Origin: Felis catus
Lineage: Eukaryota
Length of the DNA stretch: 64,000 nt
Assembly: GCF_018350175.1 (NCBI RefSeq)
Contig: NC_058368.1
Span: 122,452,001 to 122,516,000, forward strand
Reading direction: 5' to 3'
Shown in pieces: positions 51,695-64,000 of the stretch. The notes below the pieces were generated by a model. It made no database searches and was not told the DNA's origin. It saw only the letters and a list, made by a program, of their open reading frames with translations. Position numbers and translations under genes: made by a program. How positions within the stretch are numbered: the stretch's first letter is position 1; each line of letters starts with the position of its first letter.

Positions 51695-52539
51695 TAAAAA
51701 ACATGAAATTTAAATTAAAATAAAATAGAATCCACCAGTTAGTAAGAAAGAAATGGAGGATGTACCTGACCCACAATCTCATTCCAGCACTCTTCACTTC
51801 TGCCGCCTCTTCTAAACTACATGTTTCTGCTTACAATCATCCCTTACATCCTTCTATCCCCATCTCACTTGTTTCTTAACATAGGTCTGTTTATGTGATC
51901 AATAGGCTTTGTTTGATGTCTTAAATAATATATTATAGAATTGTATGTATAATATTTTTTCCACTCAAGAACTTAGAGAGGACTCAATCTAAGAGCTCAT
52001 TATGTAACAAAGAATGAAACCCGAAGTGTAGACCTGTCAGAAAGCCATGGTCACTGAAGGGGTTGATTGTGGTTTGGATACACTGATTTTCTTGCTCCCT
52101 GTTCTCACAATACCCCATATAGGATTGCAGGGTGAACAACTTGATTCCAGGGTAGGTGCAGTGAAGGGATGTAATTAGCCTATTAAGCTCTACTAATGTC
52201 TTGTAAAGTCATTCAAGTGAGAACAGAAGATCTATCAGTTCCGCCTTGGACCCTGCCACAGGGAGCATTGTATTTCTACATTACTATTTATAGTTCCCAC
52301 AGTAGGCATCAGCTGATTCAGCCTTTTCTATTTCATCAAATCAAGACACAAAGAAGAATTTTTACAGAATGTGTGTGTCCCTAGACCTGAATTTTATCAC
52401 CCAAAATTCTGTAGCTCCTCTCTGAAATCATGGACTCTGCAGAAATCACTTCTTTCTTCTCTTTACTGTAATATACAAAAATGATCATTGTATTTATGAT
52501 GCATCGGGCATAAAGAAAAGGGGATTTTTTCTCTTATTC

Positions 52540-52710
52540 TTTAAAAAATACTTACTTATTTTGAGAGAGAGAGAACACAAGCAGGAGAGAGATAGACAGA
52601 GAGGAGAGAGAGAATCCCTACTCAGAGCTAGATCCCACAAACCGTGTTATCATGACCAGAGCCAAAATCAAGAAGGGGATGCTCAACCAACTGAGCCACC
52701 CAGCCACCCA
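52540..52710 (-). mobile_element. Can-SINE (degenerate)
   Basis: atcatgaccagagccaaaatcaaga...ctgagccacccag. Confidence 0.8.
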
Positions 52711-53439
52711 TCCTCTCTCTCTTCTTAAGGGGAAAAGAGATGTATGGTTTATTATTCCAGAAGTTTGAGAAGGCAAGGGACTTGTTATGACCAATATTTA
52801 CTTAAGCCCTTGCTTTCTTTTGAGCACTTTTATGTGCCTGGGAGCTATAGCATTGAACAATACAGAAAAGATATCCTTTCCCAGAGAACTTGCATTCCAA
52901 TGGAGGTAGAAAAACCATAAATAAATAAGAAAACAGTACTGTGCTGAACATAAGATGGAGGTGAAGAGATAAGGACGGAGGGAAGGCTACTGTAGATTGA
53001 GTGGTCAGGAAAGAACCTTGGAGGAGATGATGTTTTGCCAGAGATCTGAAATGACAGGAAGCGCCAAGCCAAGTGGAGGTCTAGGAGAACAGGACTGCAG
53101 GCAGAGGGGGCCATCTGTGCAAAGGAGACCAGGCCAGACCAGTGCAGCTGGAGCATGGTGTGTGGCAGGGAGAGGATGCTATTACGTGTAGCTCAGGGCT
53201 GTGCGGGGCTAGAACACGTAAAGGGCATATATGCCAGAGGTAAATGGTTTGGATTTTATTCCATGGAGGTTGGGAGCCAGAGAATGTTGTGCAGGGAACA
53301 TGTATGTAATGAAAAACACCACTCTGGGTGGTATGTGGTCAGTGGATCGTCAGGAGACAATAGGAGAAGCAAGAAGAAGGTACTGCTGCAATGCTTCAAC
53401 TGACAGATGATGATGGTGGCAGTGGAAATGGGAATGATA

Positions 53440-54052
53440 ATATTTATTTATTTAAGTTTATTGTCCACAAAAAACACATCAAGTAAAAGCTATCATTTTA
53501 ACTATTTTCAAGTGACAGAGTACATTCACACTGTTGTACGGCCATCACCCTCCATCTCTAGAACTTCCTCATCATCCCAAACTGAAACTCCATATGCATT
53601 CAACATAAGTTAACATTTATGTTCTCTTCACCCCAGCCCTTGGTAACCACCGTTGTCTTTTCTGTCTCTGTCAATTGGACTATTCTAAGTACCTCACGTA
53701 AGTGGAATCACACCATGTTTCTTCTTATGTGTCTGGCATATTTCACTTAGCATATAATGTCTTCAAGGTTCATCTGTGTTGTAGCATGATCAGAATTTCA
53801 TTCCTTTTTAAAGCTGAACTCCATTGTATGTGTACACCACATTTTGTTAATCCATTCCCCCATAGATGGATATTTGGTTTGTTTCTACATCTTGACCACT
53901 GTGAATAGTGCTGCTATAAACACAGATAGACAATTATCTGTTCAAGTCTGCTTTTCAATTCTTTGGGGTATATACCCATAGAAAGAGAATTGTGGGATCA
54001 TATGTTAGTTTCCAGGTTTAATTTTTTAAGGAACCACCATACTGTTTTCAAT
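53440..54052 (-). mobile_element. Old L1 (L1MB-like) 3' end
   Basis: acattcacactgttgt...cccaaactgaaactc...ttttaaggaaccaccatactgtttt. Confidence 0.82.
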
Positions 54053-55356
54053 CATTCCATTTCAAAGGTACAGTTATCAAGAGTTGTTGAAGGACTGGTG
54101 TTATGAGTTAAAAAAAAGAAAAGAATTAAGAGTGATATAAAGATATTCAGTTTTACAATGGGAGAATTATGGACTAGGTACTAGGGTAAGGAATTCTGGA
54201 ATAAGAGGGTTTGGGTGGTTATGTGGGACGTGCGTAAATATCAGAGGTTCTCTTTAAAACATGTTATATTTATCATGGCTGTTAGACATACAGATGGAAA
54301 CATCAGGCAGCAAGTTTGGTACATTATTAATCCAGAATTCCAGGGTCAGTGATGGATGTCAGATATATATAGTATATATATTTTATTTATATATATAATA
54401 TATATTTATTATATTTTATTAATATAAATATATTTATATATAAAAACATATATATTTAAAATCACAGGACTAAATGAAATCATTTAAGTGCAAAGTAGGT
54501 TTATGTATGACTGAGCTTTGGGCAATCTCAGCATTTAGAGGTGGAACCAAGAAGATACCAGCAAACAAGACTGAGGAGGAATCTCTGTGGCAAAAGGAAA
54601 ACCAGGAGAAAGGGGATTTTTGCAAGCCACGAGAACCAAGTATGTCAGAAGGGAAGGAACGATCCATCCACTGAGAAGTGAAGCATGACAAATAAAAGTG
54701 CACCCACTGGATTTGGCAAGCTGGAGGTCATCGATGTACTTGGCATAGGCAATTTCAGGAGGTAGAGGGGACGGAAGCCTCATTAGAATGGGCTGAAGAG
54801 GAGAATGGAGACACTGTTTCTAATTTCTCACCTATTAACAACCCAATCCACAGGTGTTATTGCAAAGGAAAATAGTAAAATGGGACAATAAGTGGAGGTG
54901 GCTGTCTATCAAGGAAGGTATTTCCAAGAGACTCGATCATATCATTCTTCTTACAAGAGGAGTAGAAAGAGATAGGAGTATAGGAGATAGTGTAGGAGAA
55001 GGAAGCAAATACCTGGCTGAGAGAAATCCACGAGAAGGTGAGAGGAGATAAAATCCAGAGCCCTCAGGAGAACAGTTGTCTGGGGCAGCTGCAGGGACTT
55101 TTCATCCAGTATAACTGGAGGGAAAGCCGGGAGTATGGATACAGAAATAGAGAGGTTGGTATAGACTTAGTGGTAGATAGTTCTCTTGTCTTTGTGAAGT
55201 AAGGAGATTTAGTAATCAACTGAAAGTGGGGAGCGGGGAGGAAGTGGAAGAGACCTGAGGGGCAATGAAGAAACACAAAGTAGTCCTTTTAGGGAAGGCA
55301 TCATGCTATGGCTTGGCACACTGGTTCTGGCTTGCGATAGTAGCCAAGAATTTAAA

Positions 55357-55565
55357 TTTTTTTTAAGTTTAATTTATTTATTTTGTGACAGAGACAGCAT
55401 AAGTGGGGGAGGGGAGAGAGAGGGAGAGGGAGAGAGAATCCCAAGCAGGCTCCCCACCATGAGTGCAGAGCCCAGTGTGGGGCTCAAACCCACGAACTGT
55501 GAAATCAAGGCCTGAGCCGAAATCAAGAGTCAGACACGTAACTGACTGAGCCATCCAGGAGTCCC
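55357..55565 (-). mobile_element. Can-SINE
   Basis: TSD tagcca(a/t)gaatttaaat. Confidence 0.92.
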
Positions 55566-55678
55566 TGTAGCCATGAATTTAAATGAGAAGTCAATAGTAC
55601 TTATGTCTGTTTCTAGCAAAGTTCAGGAGCTTGGCTGTAGGTGAGAAGCATCAGGGCATTGGGTTTAACCAATACTGG

Positions 55679-55865
55679 TTTTTGTTTTGTTTGTTTGTTT
55701 GTTTTGTAACATGAAGGAATATTTATTCATTCATTTATTTATTTATTTAATATAATTTATTGTCAAGTTAACTAACATGGTGTATACAGTGTGCTCTTGG
55801 TTTGGGGGGTAGATTCCCATGATTCACTGCTTATATACAACACCCAGTGCTCATCTCAACAAGGC
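55679..55865 (-). mobile_element. Short L1 3' end with two A-rich tails (candidate 3' transduction)
   Basis: TSD ccaatactgg at 55669-55678 and 55866-55875; tacaacacccagtgctcatc is carnivore L1 3'UTR text. Confidence 0.8.
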
Positions 55866-56847
55866 CCAATACTGGGGTTTTAATATGTGAGCACAATCAA
55901 AGGGAATAAGAGAATTAAAGATTTGTACAAGGAATGTTAACAATGGCTGTGGAAGGGAAGTGAGGATAGGAGTGAGAGTTTTGATGTAGAAATGCAAGGT
56001 GACAAAGTCAGTAATTGATGGTGTCAGTGTGCTACATGTGTCAGCTTGGGAACTGGATTGGAGAGAAGGTCAGGTTGGTCAAAGGCGGGCTGTTGTAATG
56101 GCAAAGGGACAATCAGGAAATAGGACTAAGGAAATAATGGGAGCGGATGGATGGAAAGATGATTGGAGGTAATTCAGGGAAGTGAGTGCTAAGGGATTTG
56201 ATGGCACATCTACATAGACACTGTGATCATCAAGAATGATGAAGAACAAGAAAGAAGGAACTCATTAGTGACCTGCTAACGAGAGGGAGGTTGTATGAGT
56301 CCTCCATGTATATTTTAACCAAAGAATTTTGTCAAAAGTAGTAAATGTTGTATTTTTCAAAAGACTTTTCATTCATAAATAAGCTTTTAAGAGGTTCATC
56401 ATTTAAAATCAGTTTGACATCTTTGGAGGTGGACAGTGCCAGCATGGTATTTCTGAACATGACTGTACATCAGAAGGTACTACAAGTTTCTGTTAGTTTT
56501 TGGACAGAGGCCTCGGCCTGCCTGCAGGAGTCCGAGCACCACAGGTCTGAGCCCCAAGGTATTTACAGCCCCCCGGGTGATTCTGAGCATAACCACTGAA
56601 TTTAACCTTAGTATAGGTCGCCTAAAATGAAAGAAATAGAGTAAGTTCTTTCATGTTTAGCATAACTTGAGCAGGCTAAAGAGATAAGGAAGTAGTGCTT
56701 AAGTTGCAGAACTAAAAAACATCAACTTGTTCTATCTGGAATTTTAATAGAGTACATAGGGCTTATTTTCATTCTCTTCTGCTACATGAATAAACAATGT
56801 TATCATACTGTGGTTTACCCTGTAGTGACTTAGAAGTGACCTCATCA

Positions 56848-56937
56848 GGCGCCTGGCTGACTCAGTCAGTAGAGCATGCAACTTTGATCTCAGAGTTATG
56901 AGTTCAAGCCCCACGTTGGGTGTAGAGCTTACTTTAT
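56848..56937 (+). mobile_element. tRNA-Lys(CTT)-like short retroposon (minimal Can-SINE or tRNA pseudogene)
   Basis: gcctggctgactcagtcagtagagcatg...gttcaagccccacgttgggtg is colinear with the recalled tRNA-Lys-CTT; TSD gaagt(g/t)acctcatca at 56833-56847 and 56938-56952. Confidence 0.85.
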
Positions 56938-58200
56938 GAAGTTACCTCATCACATTTTGGGGAAACTATGTACTCAGAATCTTCATTTATACACTTTATT
57001 TTTATGTCAAAATCCCCCCTTTTTAAAATTTGCCCTATATTTTCCTCATAGTCCTCTGAATTTAGTAGTAAATATGCCCCTTTACCACTGTAGTCCTTCT
57101 GTCCTGGTTCCTTATGAGCCTTTCTTATCCCCTCCATCCCAGAGAGAACCATATCTCATTTATCTTTATACTCTGTATGTTCTAGCACAGTGGCTATCAA
57201 AGTATCTCTGATACTCAGTATCAATATCAGTATACGGTATATCTATCAGATACAGATCAGTATCTCTGATCTCAGTATTATTCTTTAAGCTCCAAGGTAG
57301 TTCATGGGAAAGGTGGTGGATATAATGATACATGTCTCTGATAAATATGAAAAATGATGCCCGAAGTGTCCAACCCACATCATTTTTTTTCTCACCAAGC
57401 CCTCATAAATTCAGGCAAAGAAATCATTTTGCTTATCTTGCCACCACCCAAATGTCTCGCCTTTTGTCAGGGCTTCTCATTGTCCCCTTTTTGCCTGTCA
57501 AAACATAATTGATGCTCACAGATGCAAGTCTGAAAGAAGGAGCAAGAGCCTGCTACCTGATTTACCTTGAGCTTTGGATTGCCAAGAGTGTGTGATGGTA
57601 CACTATTAATGCTCTGAGTATATACTGTTAGGATTAACCTTCGTGAATGCACCAGAAATTCTCCTGGTATCATTTAGACTTTCATTTACTGCCTATTAAG
57701 CCCTGTGAGCCTATGGAATGGAATTTGACATTAATCTAGAAACCATCCCTGACATCAAGGAGTTTATGATCCAGTTGGAGAAAAAATAAATGTAAGCATG
57801 ACAAATGTATGATGGAAGAAGTATTCCATGCAAAGCATGTAGGAGGGGCCATTGACTCAGCATTGGAAATTCTGGGAAGGCTTCCTGCAAGAAGTGACAT
57901 TGGAGTTGTGGGGTGAGGGATGAATCTGCTTTTTCTGAGTACAGTGGTAAAAGAGCTCTGATTCAGGTAAACAAACAGCAGAAAGCATCCAGGGGGTGAG
58001 GGGGGCAGTGCAGGGAGCATGTGGGGGACCCCATGTGCTTCTATATGGCTGGAGCACAGGAGCCAGATTCTAAAAGGGACTTTGTCTCATATAAGTGAGT
58101 TTGGACGTTTCTTGACAATTCTTGAAACAATGGAATCCATCCATGTGTTTGTGGTTGAGTTTGCAATACTGACAGTTTACCCAGAGAAACATGCTGTTTG

Positions 58201-58437
58201 AGAGGTGCCTGGGGGGCTCAGTCAGTTAAGCATCCGACTTCAGCTCAGGTCATGGTCTCACAGCTCATGAGTTTGGGGCCGGCATCAGATTCTGTGCTGA
58301 CAGCTCAGAGCCTGGAGCCTGCTTCGGATTCTGTGTCTTCCTCTCTCTCTGCCCCTCCCCTGCTTATGCTCTCTCACTCCCTGTGTCTCAAAAGTAAACA
58401 AACATTAAGAAAATTTTTAAATTAAAAAAAAAAAAAG
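58201..58437 (+). mobile_element. Can-SINE
   Basis: ggtgcctggggggctcagtcagttaagc head, A tail. Confidence 0.9.
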
Positions 58438-58482
58438 AATTAGTTCCTAGGCCTCTGAGACACAATCTAAAAAAGAAAGAAA

Positions 58483-58720
58483 GGGGCGCCTGGGTGGCGC
58501 AGTCGGTTAAGCGTCCGACTTCAGCAGGTCACGATCTCACGGTCCGTGAGTTCGAGCCCCGCTTCAGGCTCTGGGCTGATGGCTCAGAGCCTGGAGCCTG
58601 TTTCCGATTCTGTGTCTCCCTCTCTCTCTGCCCATCCCCCGTTCATGCTCTGTCTCTCTCTGTCCCAAAAATAAATAAACGTTGAAAAAAAAATTAAAAA
58701 AAAATAAATAAGAAAGAAAG

Positions 58721-58787
<67 letters not shown>

Positions 58788-58797
58788 AGGAAAGAAA
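58483..58797 (+). mobile_element. Young felid SINE with a (GAAA)n tetranucleotide tail
   Basis: ggggcgcctgggtggcgcag; (gaaa)n at about 58710-58797; preceded by aaagaaagaaa. Confidence 0.95.
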
Positions 58798-59974
58798 CTG
58801 TTTAAAACCCCCTGACACTCTTTCTAGCCAACTGTACCCTGCACCAAAGAAAATATACCACGGACACAGATGATCACTTACGAATCCAGAATCAATTTTA
58901 AGAATCTAACAAACAAAATAAGAAGATACTCAGAGTTCATGAGACTACCCATGCACCTGCATGGTGGTGTGGCATATACTTTGTCCTGCTTGTAGGCAAG
59001 GGTCTTGTTATTTATGAATATTTTCAAGAAAAGAGGACCCTGACAGTGTCTGTCTGTCAAAGGCCAAGGTCACCTTATTCTGGTGACATAAAAGCCACTT
59101 GACTAGGCTGAAAACGTGCCCCCAAAACCTATTTCAGAATTTCATCTTTAATGGCTCTTGTGGATTTAGGTTGAAGGGCTTTAATGGAACATTAGAGAAG
59201 GGCAGTAAAAACCTGAGAGGGCAGCAGCCAGGGCCCCTACCCACGCCAGTGCTGTCCTCTTATGGAGGAGTGCTGCTTACAGTAATACTCGCGTCTGAGG
59301 ACTTTGAAAATGCTACAGGCCATTTCTCTAAGTATTTACCATCACACTACTCTCTTCATCGGAAGAGGGTGAGTTCTGTTCCCTCCCGTGGATTTAAGGA
59401 TCTCGTTAATGTGTGGAAGACTAGGCCAACTCCATTAACCACCCCAGCAATAATATTAAGTAACTAGAGGCATCATAGCATCATCCTTAAAAAGATCCTG
59501 ATCTCTGCAAGTTTAAAATATAACCATATGATAGATCATTTTTTTCCTTGTTTTCTAGTCTTGACTTTCACTTCAGAGTGACACAGATGAAACCGATAAT
59601 TAATACTACCACCTCATGGCAATTTAATTGCTCACATGACCCTAGGAGCTCTACTTACATGCTTAAAGTAAAGTACACTACGGAGTCTGAGCTTTCGAAG
59701 GAGAGAGACTCAGGCTGTAAGCCCAGTTTGCCCATTTTCCGACTCTGTGGCCTGGAGTTAAGTTGCTTAACCTCTTTGAGCCACAGTTTTCTGATCTAGA
59801 AACTGGGGATATTACTGGTAACCATGTCAGGGAGGCACCATGGGAACTGGATGAGCTCACTGTTTCAACCCCACTGAGAACTCTTGTGCATTTCTAGTTT
59901 TGCCCTTTAGTTCTGTTCATTTGTTTGTCTAATTATGAGCAACTTTCTCTTTTCTTTTCCTTTTACTCTCCTAG

Positions 59975-60012
59975 GGATATGAAGCCTGACAATATTTTGC
60001 TCGATGAACATG
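59975..60012 (+). CDS. STK32A: STK32A internal coding exon (38 nt), catalytic loop: DMKPDNILLDEH(G)
   Basis: Long polypyrimidine tract and ctcctag| acceptor, TG|gtaagt donor; completes the HRDMKPDN motif; the next (DFN) exon is not seen in the window. Confidence 0.95.
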
Positions 60013-60566
60013 GTAAGTAAATGATTTGTTTGCAATCAACGTGACTTGCATGTAGAACAAAGCACACGGGACAAAAATGATCATCCTCAGCAAAGGAGCA
60101 TTACACGTGGGAAAGACCCTTGGTGGTTCAGTTAGCTGAGCTCTATGCGCGGATATTTGATGGGTGGGAGGGACAATCTGGGGGGACTTTATTCTTACAG
60201 CAGTGGCACAGGACACCAGTATACACTTAAAGAACATTATATAATGAAAAATGTCCCTCTCTTTTCACTTTTCTTCCTCTCCTATTGGTTTCAAGAAAAC
60301 CATCACAGGTTTTTTTTTTAGTGCTAATTTGCCTTAATATCTTTATGAAAATCATCTCTCTGTTTTTATAAACACAGAAAAGGCCTCAAGGTTAGAGCCC
60401 TTGGCAGGCAAGAGTATCTACCGAATTATTATGACACCATTTTGTTCTTGCATCTACTTTTATGCTTTTCTTCTTATGAGGGAGACTTGGTTTCACATTA
60501 GCAGAAGAGATCTCAAGTTTTCTGTTCAAAGATTTTTCAGTTACAAGGAACACCAATCAGTTTACA

Positions 60567-60688
60567 AATGGATAAAGAAAATGTGGTGTGTATATGTGTG
60601 TGTATGTATATATATATATATACACACACATATACACGCATATATACACACAATGGAATATGACTATGCAATCAAAAAGAATGAAATA
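60567..60688 (+). mobile_element. Internal L1 ORF2 C-terminal fragment with a compound microsatellite
   Basis: WIKKMW...TMEYDYAIKKNEI in ORF-track 60401..60694. Confidence 0.8.
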
Positions 60689-61120
60689 TATTAGCTTGGA
60701 TTTAAATAAGATGTTTTAAATTTTAAAAATTAAAAAGTTAAAAAAAGCCAGTTTAAAGAAAAAGTAGACAGCAGTGTGGGGCACACCCAGATGTGAAAGT
60801 GCTACAGGGATATGGCAATGACCGTGAAGGTGACCAGTGGATGCCTAAAGCCCAAGCAACACTGATTACTGATTAAAGGTATCTTGAGAGCAAGCTTTCG
60901 CCAGCAATGATTAATGTGTGTCATCTCTTCCCAATGTTTATTTTAATGTATGTTTGCATATATTGGTTCACGAAGGCAGACCTGTAGGACCCACAGCCTG
61001 CATGATATAAATGTTCCAGTGGCAGTAAGCTCTTTCTTGTGTGTTTAGGAAGCTGTTGGATGAGGAAGTCCTAAACTGCACAGCTCCTTATTCATTTGAC
61101 TTTTACAAAAGAGATTTACG

Positions 61121-61347
61121 GGGGCGCCTGGGTGGCTCAGTCGGTTAAGCGTCCGACTTCGGCTCAGGTCACGATCTCACGGTCCGTGAGTTCGAGCCCC
61201 GCGTCGGGCTCTGGGCTGATGGCTCAGAGCCTGGAGCCTGCTTCCGATTCTGTGCCTCCCTCTCTCTCTGTCCCTCCCCTGTTCATGCTCTGTCTCTCTC
61301 TGTCTCAAAAATAAATAAACGTTAAAAAAAAAATTAAAAAAAAAAAA
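61121..61347 (+). mobile_element. Young felid SINE
   Basis: TSD aaaag(a/g)gatttacgg. Confidence 0.95.
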
Positions 61348-62180
61348 GGGATTTACGGTGGGACCGAAACTCCCAAGTACCATCCATTGCTCATTACTTA
61401 TTTACCTGGGTGCATTTTACACCTGAGTGGCCAGCCCCTACCTGTGCTCGAGGGCTAAGAAACACTTTTGTGTATGACTATGATTTCAAAGCTCAGGGTC
61501 ATTATTTATTTATGGACTGTCTAAAAAGATTCTTTCCACTTCCTTCCAGGGCCTAATTTCTTCCTTCCCTTTCTACTTCTGACATTTGGGAGCAGATGCT
61601 CAGAATCTCAGAAATGTGAGCAATAGTGAGACTTAGCATGAAGGTGACTTTCCTGAGAATACCAGCTGTCCCTGCCTCAAGTAAGAAGCCAGGAGCCTCT
61701 CTCACCCTGGTGCAGATAAACTCTGTGGAGCTTCACAATTTTGAGAGGGGCCTTCCCTCGCCCAATGAGGCCACTGTTGCACAGTTTAGAAAAAGGTTCT
61801 CTGCCCATCACAGCCTTATGAAGACGCATGGCTGGTCAAGCAGAACACAATTTGGGGTTCTGTCCCCACTTGCTCCCTTATCCGATTGCCTTTATGTACA
61901 ACAGATTGCTCTACCATTTGTTGAGGTTCTGAAGGGAGATATATAGGTCCTGTTGACCTATAAGACTTTTCAAAATTTACCTTCCATTCAGAGAACAATG
62001 TTTTCGTCTTGGCCCTCAAACATGGCTTCATCTTATTTCTAACATCAAGCCATCCTATTCTCTCTCCTTTGACTTCTTTCTCCTCCTCATTTTCTTGTCA
62101 ACTTGGTGATTGTAGATTATGAGAAAGGTCTAGAAATAAATTAATCTTCAAGTTTACGTGCCCTTAGAAACTACTCTTGT

Positions 62181-62366
62181 GGGGCGCCTGAGTGGTTTAG
62201 TCGGTTAAGCGTCCACCTCTGGATTTTGGTCGTGATCTCATGGTCATGAGATCAAGCCTTGTGTCAGGCTCCATACTGAGCATGAAGCCTGCTTGGGATT
62301 CTCTGTCTCTCTTCCTCTGTCCACCCCCCCCCCCTCTAAAATAAAGAAAATTAAATTTAAAAAAAA
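62181..62366 (+). mobile_element. Can-SINE
   Basis: TSD-like agaaactactcttgt / agaaactacctttgt. Confidence 0.9.
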
Positions 62367-64000
62367 GAAACTACCTTTGTGAAAGTATAATTGTATAATA
62401 TTGTAGTTAAGAGTGTGGATTCCAGAGCCAAATTGCCTAAGTTCAAAACCTAGTTCACCCCCTGACTAGCTCTGAGAAATTTCAAAAGACTGTCTAAACT
62501 TTCTCTGAATCTTAGTTCTTTGAGGAACCAAAAGAGTAATTAATTCTTAGAGCCGCTGTAAAAACAAACGAGCATACTATTTATAATTTGCTCGATTGCT
62601 GTGCCTGCCAGAAGAAAATCACTCAGATGTTAAATATTAACATAATTCCATGAGGTAATAGTGGCTTTCTCCCCTAAAGAAGGAAACTTAGGCCTTAGCA
62701 TCTTGTTTTATGTGACTGTGTCTGTATTAGATGGTCAGTGAAGCTGGGCATTTACCTGTCTTTACTAAAGAATTCTTTTGATTTCGGAAGAGATATGCCA
62801 AATCTTCTGTGCGTCTACTTGTTATGTCTTGTGTTTAAACAGTTTTGTTCAGCCCTAGTTCTCAGGCAACACTTTCAATGGTCTATTCTGCTTTTTCCTT
62901 CTGTGCACAGGAGGCTAAGACCATTTATCAGGGCATTTTACTGTTGGTAAGGCTGGGGCTCTGTTGCTTAGGGGAGTAGGAGTGGCCATCTCAGTGGGCC
63001 TGAGGGACCATCCAAATCTACACCTAGTACCTAGTGTACTGACCCTTCCATTCATAAGTTTTGGGGTTTCAACAATGACTTAGGAGGACTTTTTGTCTTA
63101 ATTTCTCATCCTGAACTCACCTGGAGAATAACCACAGTTAGTAAGAGAAACAGTATTTTGGAAGGGAGTGGATATGTGAATGGGATAGAAGCAAACAAGA
63201 GAGCTATTTCCAAAACACTGCCCTGGGGATCCCTTTCTGAAGAAAATAATTTTTTAAGGTTATTCGCTGTTTACTCAGATTCTGAAAACCTAAGGCTTTC
63301 AGGCATTGCTTGGGGACCGTAATTAACCACTCTTAAATGAACACATTCCTGGTAACTCCCACCCCCCAGCTCATTTTGTAGAGCTCCTCTTGTGAGAATC
63401 AGCTGACCCACAAATCGATGCCTGCCTTTTTGAGTGTCTTCTGGTGTGATTTTCCACGTCTCATATATGAAGCCCTCAATTTGTCCTCTGCATCCACAGT
63501 TACAGAATGGCACCCCTGATGGGCCATCACATGCACCTTTTGCACTGGGATTTTAGCAGCCGTGGCTGCTGACCGTCTGTCTCTGACATTCCTTCGATGC
63601 CTGTTCCTCCAAGCGAGCTGTGTGTCACATCACACTGCTTACATTTTAATTCAGCACCCGTCAGTGACAGGCAGAAACTCTGTTCTATTCTTCCTGATCC
63701 ATACTGGTTCATATTCATCAGAAAAGACCGATTTAAAGGAACTAAATCCTTTTGTAAAATGGATAATCTTTCCACCACATCAGTGAACATTCAGAATTTG
63801 AGTGAAAAAATGTTTTTAATTTAGAACATACCTGTTACTGTCTCCCCCCGCCCTCCCCCCCACACACATGTCTCATTCGCTGTCTCAGAGCCCAAGCTTG
63901 GCATTAGATCTTGGATGGCTCATCATCAATTGTCCTGATACATATTTTCATATCCTACCAACTGAAGTACCCCATCCAGTTCTATCAATTCCATGGTGTC

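Larger units (their letters stand above)
52790..56280 (-). mobile_element. Fragmented L2, interrupted by an L1 (about 53440-54050), an AT-rich tract, a SINE and a short L1
   Basis: L2 3'-end text (tttatgtgcctggg...tgaacaatacaga) and downstream purine-rich L2 motifs. Confidence 0.55.

Noticed and set aside
54360..54460. Extremely AT-rich tract (also about 23740-23880 and 24810-24910)
   Set aside because: Ordinary degenerate (TA)n low-complexity sequence.
56851..56922. Functional tRNA-Lys gene
   Set aside because: Anticodon loop is altered, stems are mismatched, and TSDs indicate a retroposed copy.

Overview
Mammalian genomic DNA, most likely felid: the window is full of Can-SINEs, including the felid SINEC_Fc type. 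It lies entirely inside the + strand gene STK32A (YANK1 Ser/Thr kinase). Four internal coding exons (3465-3520, 4776-4927, 36296-36469, 59975-60012; 56, 152, 174 and 38 nt; all AG/GT-bounded) splice in frame to encode the kinase from the Gly-rich loop to HRDMKPDN. The rest is intron packed with transposable elements: a full-length but inactivated antisense LINE-1 (15554-23207, exact 14-bp TSD), about 30 Can-SINEs, several truncated or rearranged L1s, L2/MIR relics, MaLR/ERV LTRs, hAT MITEs and microsatellites. I found no clear new biological system. The best candidates for follow-up are: (1) the L1 5'UTR, which on the host-gene strand carries an AATAAA-rich tandem array, then CTCF/Sp1/YY1/NRF1-like motifs, then a 313-codon antisense ORF; (2) a TAG|GTAAGA recursive-splice-like site in the 31-kb intron; (3) several retrotransposition footprints (twin-primed inversion, 3' transduction, nested insertions, a tRNA-Lys-like retroposon). 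Gene and repeat names come from recall of consensus sequences, not database searches. Boundaries of old repeats are approximate.
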